From assembly GCA_018003015.1 (NCBI GenBank), contig JAGNEZ010000034.1, positions 5,085-69,084 on the forward strand: 64,000 nt of DNA, read 5' to 3'. Both the position numbers and the translations under genes were made by a program. Positions 26,311-34,935 of this stretch are shown one piece after another. Below the pieces are notes generated by a model. The model had not been told where the DNA came from and did no database searches. It was given only the letters and a program-made list of their open reading frames with translations. Position 1 is the first letter of the stretch. Every line of letters starts with the position of its first letter. This stretch comes from Phycisphaerae bacterium (GTDB taxonomy: Bacteria > Planctomycetota > Phycisphaerae > UBA1845 > PWPN01).

Positions 26311-29300
26311 ATGAGGCAGGAATCGATGCGCGTGAGGCGTTTGGCCGTTGGCATTGGGCTGGGACTGTGGCTGGTCGCCCGACCGGTGTGGGCCGGCTCT
26401 GCCGCCACTGGTGACTGCGGGCCGGGGACGGTCAGGGTCTGCGGCACGGTGACGGTGAAGAACACCAGTGGTGCGGCGGCCAATGACTTTCATTTTTACA
26501 TGTACCAGAACGACCGTCCGAGTGTGCAGGTGATGGGTGCGACGGCGAGCATTGCCGGTTGTGACAGCATGAGCATCTCGCTGGGGACGGACAACGGGAC
26601 CCCGACGCCGCCGCCGGGCAACCACGGCGCGTCGGTCAGTGGTTCGAGTTGTGCCCCGATTCCGCCGGGTGGCACGATCAGTGTGCAAGTCTGCCTGTGC
26701 ATGAACGAGCGGAACTGCATCAAGTTCAAGGATACCTACTTCACGTCGGATGGCACGCCTCTTCCGCCGGGTGGTGGGGGTGGGGGCGGTCCCCCGGCCG
26801 GCGGATGGCGGATTGTGCGTCCGTACAAGGGTGGCGGTGGCGGGAGCCGGGTTCCAGGAGGAAGCGGTGGTCAAGGTGCCCAGGAGGATGACGGGGGCAG
26901 CGGCAACTGGATACACATGGTGTGCGTTGAGAATGACGATACCCGCTGGGTGGTGCTGGAGGAGCTGAAGCTGCTGGCTTCGATGACTTCCTATGTGAAC
27001 GCGGACACCGACATCGACTGGTCGGGCATCGAGCCGGTGGCGGATGTGTCCGGGCGGCCTCCGGTGTGCATTCCACCGGGTGGCCGGTGGTGCTTTCCGT
27101 TTGAGACCACCGGCGCCTATGTCGGAGGGCACATTTACCAGCGTTACACGATACGGCCCGAGCACACCGGTGAATGCAGCGGCATCAGCAGCGTCCGCAG
27201 CGGTCTCGCGCTGCTGGAGGATGCGGACAACTCCATGCTGGTGGTGGGCGATCATCCTCCCGAGACACCGCTGACCGAGGTTCTGGATATCGCGGATTAC
27301 CTCGACGGCCGATCGTCCGACGACTACTACCGGACGATCGCGGCGGAGGTGACTTTCGGCGGGGGTACAGTTCCGGCCATTCCCGCGGGCTTTTTCGGGC
27401 CAGGGTCGGAGCCTTTCACCGGCACCGTCCTGATGAGGGGCATGCCGGTGGATCCGACGGTGAGCAACGCCGACACGATCGTTCGGCGGCACGGCGAAGC
27501 GTATCTGCCGAGCGACGGCTCCGGAGACACGATTCCGATTGAACTTCGGGAACTGAGCCTGGTCAGCGTTGACCCGATCACGGTGACCTACCAGGAGAAT
27601 CACCCACTCTGGTTTGACGTATTCGTGCCCACAAGTCAGACCCACGGGACGCAGACCATCAAGGCCAACCTAAGCGAGGATGGCGGGGTGTCCATCCTGG
27701 GCGTCCGCGAGACATCGCCCGTAGATCCAATTCCGCCGGACATGATGCTGCTGATGCTGGCGAGCGATCTAGGCGGTGAAGTCGGCGGGTATGGTCCGCA
27801 AGCGGTTCTCGAGGTCTTTTTTCAGCCGACGCTCTCGATACCCGTTCTGCCGCCAATCAGCGGAGCCAGCGTGCGGTGCAGGATCACCACGCCGAGCGGG
27901 CTCGAGTTGCCTTTCATGGAACCGCCGACGGTGCAGTACAGTCCCTCGTTTTTCGATGTTGTGTTTGCGGTTTCTCTGGACGGGCTGGCAACGAGTTACC
28001 ACCACATTCAGGGCTTGATTCCTCCTGAGCAGCCGCTTCAGTTCCAGTCGGTTGAGATCATATCACACCCGGGTAAGAGCTCCTTTGATCTCGCATTTGT
28101 CCTGCAGGCGGGTGGGGCAACGGTCTTGTCGTCTCCGATCATCCGGATGCTGGAGGATGGTGGTGCCCAGTTGGTTTCGAGCGAGTTGTTTGACGTGTCG
28201 ATGAGCCTGGACGCCGATTTCCCGGCGATGGGTTCGATGGTGATCGTGCGGGATTCGCCGAACGGCGGGACTTTCACGAGCACATTGCAGGTTCGGCCCA
28301 GGTTCGTCTTCGCACCGATTAGTGGTGGGCTGGCGACGCCGCCGTTGCCCGATGTGTCGCCTTACGTTGTTCAGCAGAAGGCGGCCCACGGCTGGCAATA
28401 CGCGCCGCCGGCCTTTCCCATCATCAACAGCGGGCCGAACTTCTTTTCTGCGGGAAGCGGGGCGGTGGAATGGGAAGCTGCGGACGGCTCAGTCTTCTCC
28501 GTTGGACCGGCGTTCCCGCCGGAGCCCTTCGGGCATCCGGTCACCTTCACCTGCTCGGCGGCCTCTCCGGGGTCCGCCAGGATTGAGGTGTTGCCGACCG
28601 GCGAGGTTTTCGAGCTCTTCATTCCCTCGGCCATGAGTGCCGAGCAGAAGCGCGACCATCTGGTTTCCACGCTGGTGTTGCAGCATCCCCAATACTATCC
28701 GACGAGCGCCGGCACGGACTCGTTCACCCTGAACGGTTTTCTTCCGGAGACTTCCATCCGCTTCGCGACCGGAACGAGCGCGGAGGTCCAGGACAAGCTG
28801 ACCACGGCGGGCACCCGCAGCGGACAGATTGCGTTTGCCGGATCATTCGAACCGTATGACGGCCTTCACCAGCCGGCGGTTTTCACCGCCGGAATCGTGA
28901 CCGACGTCGGCGAGCTGACCGCGCTCGTTTCCGCCCAGGAACTCGATTTTCAGACTGAAGGGCCGATCATCTGTCAGGCTCTCTTTCAGCGGCTTGGGCC
29001 ATTGGCTCCCCCCTTCGGTGCCCAGATCAACTACGTCGGTGACCGGCTGGAAATCTACTTTGACCCCGCCTATACGGTAGGGCGCGGCGGTGTCGTTTTC
29101 GGTACGACGTCGCCAACTGACGGCTGTTCGGGCCAGGTGGTCATTTCGTGCCATCCGGCGGACTCCGACTGCGACGGGGACGTTGACCTGGCGGATGTGT
29201 TTTTGTTAGCGTCTTGCGCGTCGGGGCCGGCCGTGCCGGTATCGCCCGGGTGCGTGGGTCGGGACCTGGACCACGACAACGACGTTGACCAGTCGGACTT

Positions 29301-29364
29301 CGGAATCGTCCAGCACTGCTACAGCGGCTCGAACAGAGCAGCGGATCCGCAATGCATGGACTGA
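26311..29364 (+). CDS. Secreted orphan protein (~1017 aa) with poly-Gly tracts and C-terminal dockerin-like calcium-binding repeats
   Basis: ATG 26311 is preceded by GGGAGGGA. Signal peptide MRQESMRVRRLAVGIGLGLWLVARPVWA. Gly runs PPGGGGGGGPPAGG and KGGGGGSRVPGGSGGQG. C-terminal DSDCDGDVDLADVFLLASCASGP ... DLDHDNDVDQSDFGIVQHCYSG. I recognise no family in the central ~850 aa. Confidence 0.75.
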   Translation: MRQESMRVRRLAVGIGLGLWLVARPVWAGSAATGDCGPGTVRVCGTVTVKNTSGAAANDFHFYMYQNDRPSVQVMGATASIAGCDSMSISLGTDNGTPTPPPGNHGASVSGSSCAPIPPGGTISVQVCLCMNERNCIKFKDTYFTSDGTPLPPGGGGGGGPPAGGWRIVRPYKGGGGGSRVPGGSGGQGAQEDDGGSGNWIHMVCVENDDTRWVVLEELKLLASMTSYVNADTDIDWSGIEPVADVSGRPPVCIPPGGRWCFPFETTGAYVGGHIYQRYTIRPEHTGECSGISSVRSGLALLEDADNSMLVVGDHPPETPLTEVLDIADYLDGRSSDDYYRTIAAEVTFGGGTVPAIPAGFFGPGSEPFTGTVLMRGMPVDPTVSNADTIVRRHGEAYLPSDGSGDTIPIELRELSLVSVDPITVTYQENHPLWFDVFVPTSQTHGTQTIKANLSEDGGVSILGVRETSPVDPIPPDMMLLMLASDLGGEVGGYGPQAVLEVFFQPTLSIPVLPPISGASVRCRITTPSGLELPFMEPPTVQYSPSFFDVVFAVSLDGLATSYHHIQGLIPPEQPLQFQSVEIISHPGKSSFDLAFVLQAGGATVLSSPIIRMLEDGGAQLVSSELFDVSMSLDADFPAMGSMVIVRDSPNGGTFTSTLQVRPRFVFAPISGGLATPPLPDVSPYVVQQKAAHGWQYAPPAFPIINSGPNFFSAGSGAVEWEAADGSVFSVGPAFPPEPFGHPVTFTCSAASPGSARIEVLPTGEVFELFIPSAMSAEQKRDHLVSTLVLQHPQYYPTSAGTDSFTLNGFLPETSIRFATGTSAEVQDKLTTAGTRSGQIAFAGSFEPYDGLHQPAVFTAGIVTDVGELTALVSAQELDFQTEGPIICQALFQRLGPLAPPFGAQINYVGDRLEIYFDPAYTVGRGGVVFGTTSPTDGCSGQVVISCHPADSDCDGDVDLADVFLLASCASGPAVPVSPGCVGRDLDHDNDVDQSDFGIVQHCYSGSNRAADPQCMD

Positions 29365-29845
29365 CCGGCGTAGGGGAGATCGTTCATTCCGCGAGGTAGG
29401 TTTCGGGGGCGTGATGCGTCGCGTCGCATCGTGAGAGACCCACCATCCCGCGTTTTCCGTCTGACGGGCCAGGCAAGCGACGAGGAAATCGGTCGGATGC
29501 GGAGAGGCCTCCCTGCCCAGGCCTGGGGTTGAGGTACCGGGCGGGGACAGTGAATCGCGGCGGCAGGGCCACGTCGGTTTGCTGCGGAGGGCGCTTTGGT
29601 GTGTGGTGGTCACATTGGGGTCAGCTCAAGTGTTTTCAGCGGTGGCGACGGGGTTGGCGTTTGCCGAGTGGGGCCCTGGAAATAAGTCCCGACCTGGAGC
29701 GTTTGGCTGGGTATGGTCGCACCGGTGGGCGGTGATTCGCTTGGGCCGGTCGGCTTCGGGGTCACGTACCGGGGTACGAGACTTAGCGTGTGTCAACGGG
29801 GTATTGTTGAACCGAGAGGTTCTCTTGACAGGGGAGGTTTTCGTC

Positions 29846-31186
29846 ATGTTTGCGACGAGACGCATCGGATGGCTGGTTGTGGGGTTGGCCTGGTTGGCGA
29901 TCCCGTCGGTCTGGGGGGCATCGGCCGGCGAATCAGAGGAGCGGGATCGTGCGGTGGCCCGGGATCGGGAGGGAGACGAGAAACGAATTCAGCAGATGAT
30001 TGACCGCCGGGTTGACCAGCGGATGCGTGAGCTGGTGGAGAAGTTCCGGCCGGAATTGCAGCGGCGAGTTGCGGCGTTCCGTGATCAGGTCTTGCCGCGG
30101 ATGATCGAGGGCAGCAGGTTGAGGGGTGGCGTGGGCTTTGCCCGTCGCGGCCCGATGCAGGGTCGGGCTGACCGAGGCCTGGACCGACCGGGACGGGGGT
30201 TCGGGGGGGGCTTGGGTCCGCGGTGGCTGGGGCACGGCAAGTCGGCGGGTGGGCGTGGGGGGTTCGGGCCTGCGGGTCGTTCGTGGGGTTTTGGCGGTCC
30301 GGGAATGGGCCGGGGCTTGCCCGGGATGGGCGGGCCGACGGGTATGCGAGAGCGGCTTCGCCAGGGGATGGGCAGGGGGTCTTCCGGCCCGTGGGAATGT
30401 CCGATGATGGGGCCAAGGTACGGGGACTACGGGCGGCGCGGTCTGGGTGTTGGGCGTGAGTTTGGCGCCGGACGGGGCTTAGGGCTGGGGCGTGAGGGGA
30501 ACGCCGGTGTGATGAAGAACCGGCTTCGCAAACGGGTGATGGCCAACCGGGGTGCTGATGTCCTGGATCGGCCTGCGAGGAAGGACAAGGGCGGCCCCAA
30601 GGTTGATCGTCCTGTCGACAAAGAGAAGCCGGTGCTCCGCGACCGGGGTGACGCGGGCCGGCCGATGGAGCCTGGTCAGGGTCGAGGGCGTGGCCAGGGG
30701 TTCGGTCGCGGGCAGGGTTTTGGCGCGGGCCCGGGTCCTGGAGCAGGCCTGGGGTTTGGCCAGGGTCCGGGGTACGGAGCGGGGTTTGGACAGGGGCGAG
30801 GGCGTGGTCTGGGTGGCGGGCCTGGCGGGCCGGAAGGTGCCAAGCCTGAGGCGGGTGCTGAAAAGAAGGCCGTCAGGCCCGAAGCCGGGGTTGGTCGTGG
30901 CATGGGCCGCGGTCGAGTCGATGCCGAGGGCCCGGGAGGAGCTCCTGCGGTGCCGGTTCTTCGGCCCAACGTGAATCCGCTGTTTGGGGTGCTCGATGCC
31001 AATCGCGATGGCGAGCTCCAGCCGCAGGAGTTCAAGCGTTTTGGCGAAGTGCTCAAGAAGGCGATCAACGAGAACGGTGACAAGCCGATCAAGGTAGACG
31101 AATGGAATCGGATTCTGCGGCAGGTGGCCCGGGAGTTGCGCGGTGGAGGTGATCCGGCGCCGGCCAAGGAGCCGAAGAAGGAGTGA
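29846..31186 (+). CDS. Secreted Gly/Arg-rich low-complexity protein with C-terminal EF-hand
   Basis: ATG 29846 is preceded by GGGGAGG. Signal peptide MFATRRIGWLVVGLAWLAIPSVWG. A charged helical segment follows, then long RGG/GFG/GRG tracts (GQGRGRGQGFGRGQGFGAGPGPGAGLGFGQGPGYGAGFGQGRGRGLGGGPGG). Canonical 12-residue EF loop DANRDGELQPQE. The upstream part of the tracked ORF (29579-29845) is not needed. Confidence 0.7.
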   Translation: MFATRRIGWLVVGLAWLAIPSVWGASAGESEERDRAVARDREGDEKRIQQMIDRRVDQRMRELVEKFRPELQRRVAAFRDQVLPRMIEGSRLRGGVGFARRGPMQGRADRGLDRPGRGFGGGLGPRWLGHGKSAGGRGGFGPAGRSWGFGGPGMGRGLPGMGGPTGMRERLRQGMGRGSSGPWECPMMGPRYGDYGRRGLGVGREFGAGRGLGLGREGNAGVMKNRLRKRVMANRGADVLDRPARKDKGGPKVDRPVDKEKPVLRDRGDAGRPMEPGQGRGRGQGFGRGQGFGAGPGPGAGLGFGQGPGYGAGFGQGRGRGLGGGPGGPEGAKPEAGAEKKAVRPEAGVGRGMGRGRVDAEGPGGAPAVPVLRPNVNPLFGVLDANRDGELQPQEFKRFGEVLKKAINENGDKPIKVDEWNRILRQVARELRGGGDPAPAKEPKKE

Positions 31187-31411
31187 GAACCGAGCGTCAT
31201 GGGTGGGGGACCGGCCGGGGGGGCAGGCGCCTGGGGCCGGTGGGCAGTTTCTGTCGCGTTCGCATCCGGCCGGCATGGACGTGTTCATCGCGTTCATGCC
31301 GGCCACTCCTGTTGATTGGTCGCGAGCCGCGAGGTACGGTGTGCCCATGGATCCTGGTTTGCGCTCATCCGGTCATGCCGTGATGCCGACCTGGGGAGGA
31401 GCCTGCCGATC

Positions 31412-32893
31412 ATGGGACAAAGCTCTCCGCCACCGTTGACCGGTTTTCGGATCATGATCGCCGTTGCCGCCGCGATCGCGGCGAGTATCCAGCCCTCGAT
31501 CTCGCGAGCCGGTCCGCACAACCCCGACACCGACTGGTTCCAGAAGTCCGGCTACGGTGTCTTTGTTCACTATCTGTGGGATCTCCAGAACGATGCTCGG
31601 CAGGTCCAGAGTCTCGGCCGGCAGACGTCGTGGGAGGAGTGTGTTCGCGAGTTCGACGTGGACCGCTTCGCCGATGCCATGGCCGAGGCGGGAGCCGGCT
31701 ACGTCATTTTCACCATGCATCAGCGCACGCGTTTCCTCATTGCCCCGAACGCCACGTTTGATCGGCTGACCGGCTACAGACCGGGGGAGTCCTGCTGCAC
31801 GCGTGATCTCGTTGCGGAGTTGCACGGGGTTCTGGCCCGCAAGCGGATTCCCCTGATGCTCTACTGGACGGGCGATGGACCGCGCGAGGACGAGAAGGCC
31901 GCGGCCGCGCTGGGCTGGAAAGTGCCGGTTCCTACGGAGTACGTGAGGAAGTGGGCGAGTGTGGTTGAGGAGTACGGTGAGCGGTACGGCGAGCGGGTTG
32001 CCGGCTGGTGGGCGGACGGCTGCTATCCGTTCATTGGCTACGACGACGAGAAGCTTGGCGTACTCGCGAAAGCCCTGAAGGCCGGGAACCCGAAACGCAT
32101 CATTGCCATGAACCCCGGCGTTCTGAACGGTGTTCGGGGCTACACGCCTCATGAGGACTTCACTTGCGGGGAAGAGAACGCATTTCACGATCAGCCCGCC
32201 TCGCGGTGGATCGACGGCGAGCAATGGCACATCCTATCGTTTCTGGGTTGCGGGCGAAGTCACATTGGGGCGGCATGGGGCATGGCGGGGACCGGCTACA
32301 CCAAGCAGGAGCTGATTGAGTACGTGTTCGATGTGAACAACGGGGGCGGTGTGGTGTCGATCGATGTGCTGCTGTATCGGGACGGGGGGCTGGATCGGTC
32401 GCAGTTGCAGATTCTGAAGGCTTTGCGTCCCGGCCTCGCGGCGATGAAGACAGGTCCAGCCGTTCCGCCGGGGAATTTGGCGTTTCGCAAACCCGCCCGA
32501 TTGCTGAGTCTGGACGGCACACACGAGCTGCAGGTCAACGGCGGCGTTCACCCCGCCAGGCTGGGTGTTGACGGTCGAGGTGACACCACCGCGCTGGCCG
32601 GCGGCGAATGGCCCTGGACTTACGAGGTGGACCTTCTGCAGGCGCGTGCGGTACGGCGGGTGAAGGTATCTTTCGCGAAGGACGGCTTCCCCACACAGCT
32701 GCGTGTTCAGGTTTCGGCCGACCGCAAGACCTGGCAGACCATGGTCTCGGTCGACGACCATGATGGCGGTCTGGTGGATGCTGAATTGGCGCCTGTTCAG
32801 GCCCGTTGGCTGAGAGTCAGTGCCTTGAAGCCTGACGGCCCCGACCAGAAGGGTGTCCAGATGGCCGTCGCGGAGCTGGAGGCATATGAGTGA
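31412..32893 (+). CDS. GH29-like (alpha-L-fucosidase family) glycoside hydrolase with C-terminal discoidin (F5/8 type C)-like domain
   Basis: Signal-like N-terminus. WFQKSGYGVFVHYLWD ... AGAGYVIFTMHQRTRFLIAPN ... RDLVAELHGVLARKRIPLMLYW follows the GH29 pattern (WF..KFGIFIHWG ... AGAKYVVLTTKHHDGF ... DLV.EL ... Y.S). The C-terminal ~140 aa ends in a beta-sandwich-like MAVAELEAYE. GGGGAGGAG precedes ATG 31412. Confidence 0.5.
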   Translation: MGQSSPPPLTGFRIMIAVAAAIAASIQPSISRAGPHNPDTDWFQKSGYGVFVHYLWDLQNDARQVQSLGRQTSWEECVREFDVDRFADAMAEAGAGYVIFTMHQRTRFLIAPNATFDRLTGYRPGESCCTRDLVAELHGVLARKRIPLMLYWTGDGPREDEKAAAALGWKVPVPTEYVRKWASVVEEYGERYGERVAGWWADGCYPFIGYDDEKLGVLAKALKAGNPKRIIAMNPGVLNGVRGYTPHEDFTCGEENAFHDQPASRWIDGEQWHILSFLGCGRSHIGAAWGMAGTGYTKQELIEYVFDVNNGGGVVSIDVLLYRDGGLDRSQLQILKALRPGLAAMKTGPAVPPGNLAFRKPARLLSLDGTHELQVNGGVHPARLGVDGRGDTTALAGGEWPWTYEVDLLQARAVRRVKVSFAKDGFPTQLRVQVSADRKTWQTMVSVDDHDGGLVDAELAPVQARWLRVSALKPDGPDQKGVQMAVAELEAYE

Positions 32894-32971
32894 TCGGCAT
32901 TGTCTGGGGGCGAGTCGGGGTCCGGATGCCATGACCTTCTGGGGTTTCCGTCTTTTGATTTTCTGATTTGG

Positions 32972-33514
32972 CTATGCCACGGCGTCGACGCGCGCCCCGC
33001 CGGTGTCGGGTCGGGCGCTGGGCTCGATGCCTGCGTTGGTGTAGGCGCCGCTGACCGTGCCGGTGGAGACGATCTGGCTCTGGATGGAGTCGATGCTCAG
33101 CGAGGAACTGGAGTAGTAGAGCGACGTGCTCTGTTGGGTGCTGTTCTGTTGCTGGAGCTGAACCAGACCGGCCATCAAGGCCAGCAGGCTCTTTTTGTCG
33201 TCTTCGTTCTGGGTCTTCATGAATTCCATGAGCAGCATGAGCAGGACTGCTCCGAGCAGTTCGTTGCTGACCGCCGCAGTCTGCGTTTGGGAGATGAGGA
33301 GTGTTTCCGAGGATGCGTTGACCAGCTGGGACGAGACGAGCTGGGTGGCCGTCGCGTTTCCGGCCCCGGCCGCCGCTCCCACGGACGGCTGGGTGGAGGC
33401 GGGGCTGGACTTCATGGCTGGCGTTGCGACCGCCCCGTCCATGGCGGTCATCGGGCTCGTGCGGAGGGGCAGGATGCTGGCGGAGTATCCTCCGATCGCT
33501 GAAACAGGATCCAC
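32972..33514 (-). CDS. Small cysteine-free Ser/Thr/Gln/Ala-rich protein of unknown function (180 aa)
   Basis: GTG start 33514 preceded by AGGAGGAAG at good spacing. No Cys, Trp or His, very few charged residues, and no signal peptide. The central hydrophobic/amphipathic stretch is ELLGAVLLMLLMEFMKTQNEDDKKSLLALMAGLVQLQQQ. I recognise no family. Confidence 0.6.
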   Translation of the reverse strand: MDPVSAIGGYSASILPLRTSPMTAMDGAVATPAMKSSPASTQPSVGAAAGAGNATATQLVSSQLVNASSETLLISQTQTAAVSNELLGAVLLMLLMEFMKTQNEDDKKSLLALMAGLVQLQQQNSTQQSTSLYYSSSSLSIDSIQSQIVSTGTVSGAYTNAGIEPSARPDTGGARVDAVA

Positions 33515-33569
33515 GTCTTCTTCCTCCTGTGATCCCCGACCTGGGGGCCTCTCTCCCCTCCTGGTTGAG

Positions 33570-33585
33570 AGCAGGGATTGTGCCC
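33570..33585 (-). promoter_or_regulatory. Sigma-54 (-24/-12)-like promoter candidate upstream of the S/T/Q-rich gene
   Basis: The reverse strand reads GGGCACAATCCCTGCT, compared with the consensus TGGCACG-N4-TTGCW. GG and GC have the correct spacing (10 intervening nt). The predicted transcription start is about 45 nt upstream of the GTG at 33514. An AT-rich island (33620-33660) lies further upstream. Confidence 0.3.
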
Positions 33586-34280
33586 GGGGCGCGGATGCGG
33601 CGTTCGAGGCTCTGGGCTGGCTTTAAGTTCTTCTTTAATAATGGGTTATGTGATCAGCGATGGTCTGAGCGGGGTGTGCGGTTTATGACGTCGTGACGCA
33701 CTGGAGGGCGCTCCCGGAGGCTCTATAGCCACAAAGGCTTGTCGAACATGAACTTAGGAGACGTTGACGGGCCATGCGGCCTGCTGCGGTCCCGTCGTTC
33801 CGGACGGTGGGATCCGGCTGGGGACACGGTGTGCCGGCGTGGGTTGTTGTTTGGCGCCCGCCGCACGGTTTCGGGGGATCGATGTTGACCTGGGCCCGGT
33901 CTTCCCCGGAAGGCGGGTGATCGGCGTCGTCTGCGGATGGACTTCTTTCCGTTGTTGCGGTCGCTTCGGCCACCTTCCTCTTGGTTGTTCCTATACCTCT
34001 AGAGAGAGCTTTTGTTGACTCCTGGCCTGGGCACACCTGCAATGGGCTCGAGATTGGGGGGCGTATGCCGTGGTCAGCGGCCCGGGCGGACAGGTTGGGA
34101 GGTGGGCTGATTCTGGCGGGATCGCCGGGGCTTGGGGTGACATTGAAGTGTGCCGGGCGGACAGTCGGACGATGGGGGGTTGGTGATGGGGGTCTGCAGG
34201 TATGCCCCGTGGGGTGTTTGTGTCCCGGGCTGTTCGCGGTCACAATGGGCTCGCGTGGCTCGTGGTAACCAGGGGTATGC

Positions 34281-34862
34281 ATGGTCACGGTGACGGATCG
34301 AGCGATGCGGCGGGGCAGGATCGAGCTCATCTGTGGCTGCATGTTCAGCGGCAAGAGTGAGCGGCTGATTCGGCGGGTTGAGCAGGCCGGTGCGGTTGGT
34401 GTGTCGGTTGTGGCCTTCAAGCACGCCTGCGACGACCGCTATGGAGCCGACCAGATTGTGGCGCACAGTGGTTTGCGGGTTGCGGCCTACCGAGCAGCCA
34501 GTGCCGTGGAGATACTCCGCAGGGTGGGCGAGGCTCGGCTGGTGGTGATCGATGAAGCCCAGTTCTTCACCGCTGATCTGGTGGATGCCTGCCGTCAGCT
34601 GGCGGCGGAGGGGCGGCAGGTGGTGGTGGGCGGGCTGGATCGCGATTCGTGGGGTTTGCCGTTTGGGCCGATGCCGGAGCTCGAGGCGATTGCCGATGAG
34701 GTCACGCGCACGCGGGCGGTGTGTGCTCGGTGCGGCCGTCCGGCGGAATACACTTGTCGGCGCGTACCGGTGGCGGGCTTGACCATGGTGGGGGGTGCGG
34801 AGGCCTACGAGCCGCGTTGCAGGGATTGTTTTGAGGCTCCGCCGATCGAGTTGAGGCGGTGA
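34281..34862 (+). CDS. tdk: Thymidine kinase
   Basis: P-loop CGCMFSGKSERLIRR, VIDEAQFF, and a C-terminal zinc ribbon CARCGRPAEYTCR ... CRDC. The start may instead be the internal MRRGRIEL (34305). Confidence 0.9.
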   Translation: MVTVTDRAMRRGRIELICGCMFSGKSERLIRRVEQAGAVGVSVVAFKHACDDRYGADQIVAHSGLRVAAYRAASAVEILRRVGEARLVVIDEAQFFTADLVDACRQLAAEGRQVVVGGLDRDSWGLPFGPMPELEAIADEVTRTRAVCARCGRPAEYTCRRVPVAGLTMVGGAEAYEPRCRDCFEAPPIELRR

Positions 34863-34935
34863 TGGGGGTCTGGTGCCGATTGCTGCCGGCCGCTGGGATC
34901 GCGGGGGGCATTGAGACTGTTGAAGGAGATTCGAC

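Noticed and set aside
34104-34116. GGGCTGATTCTGG, identical to the 5' end of many tmRNAs (ssrA).
   Set aside because: There is no matching 3' acceptor strand (..CAGCCCACCA) and no T-arm (GGTTCGA.TCC). No tag-peptide reading frame ending in a stop, and no pseudoknot-rich body, is evident. A ~350-nt tmRNA starting here would overlap the well-supported tdk gene. Treated as a chance 13-mer match; a covariance-model scan would settle it.
33683-34420. 245-aa minus-strand ORF and other ORFs in the 766-bp spacer between the S/T/Q-rich gene and tdk.
   Set aside because: It is Pro/Arg/Thr-rich with no motifs or ribosome-binding site, and its 5' part overlaps the tdk start region. The spacer may still hold regulatory RNA or DNA elements, but I could not identify any specific one by eye.
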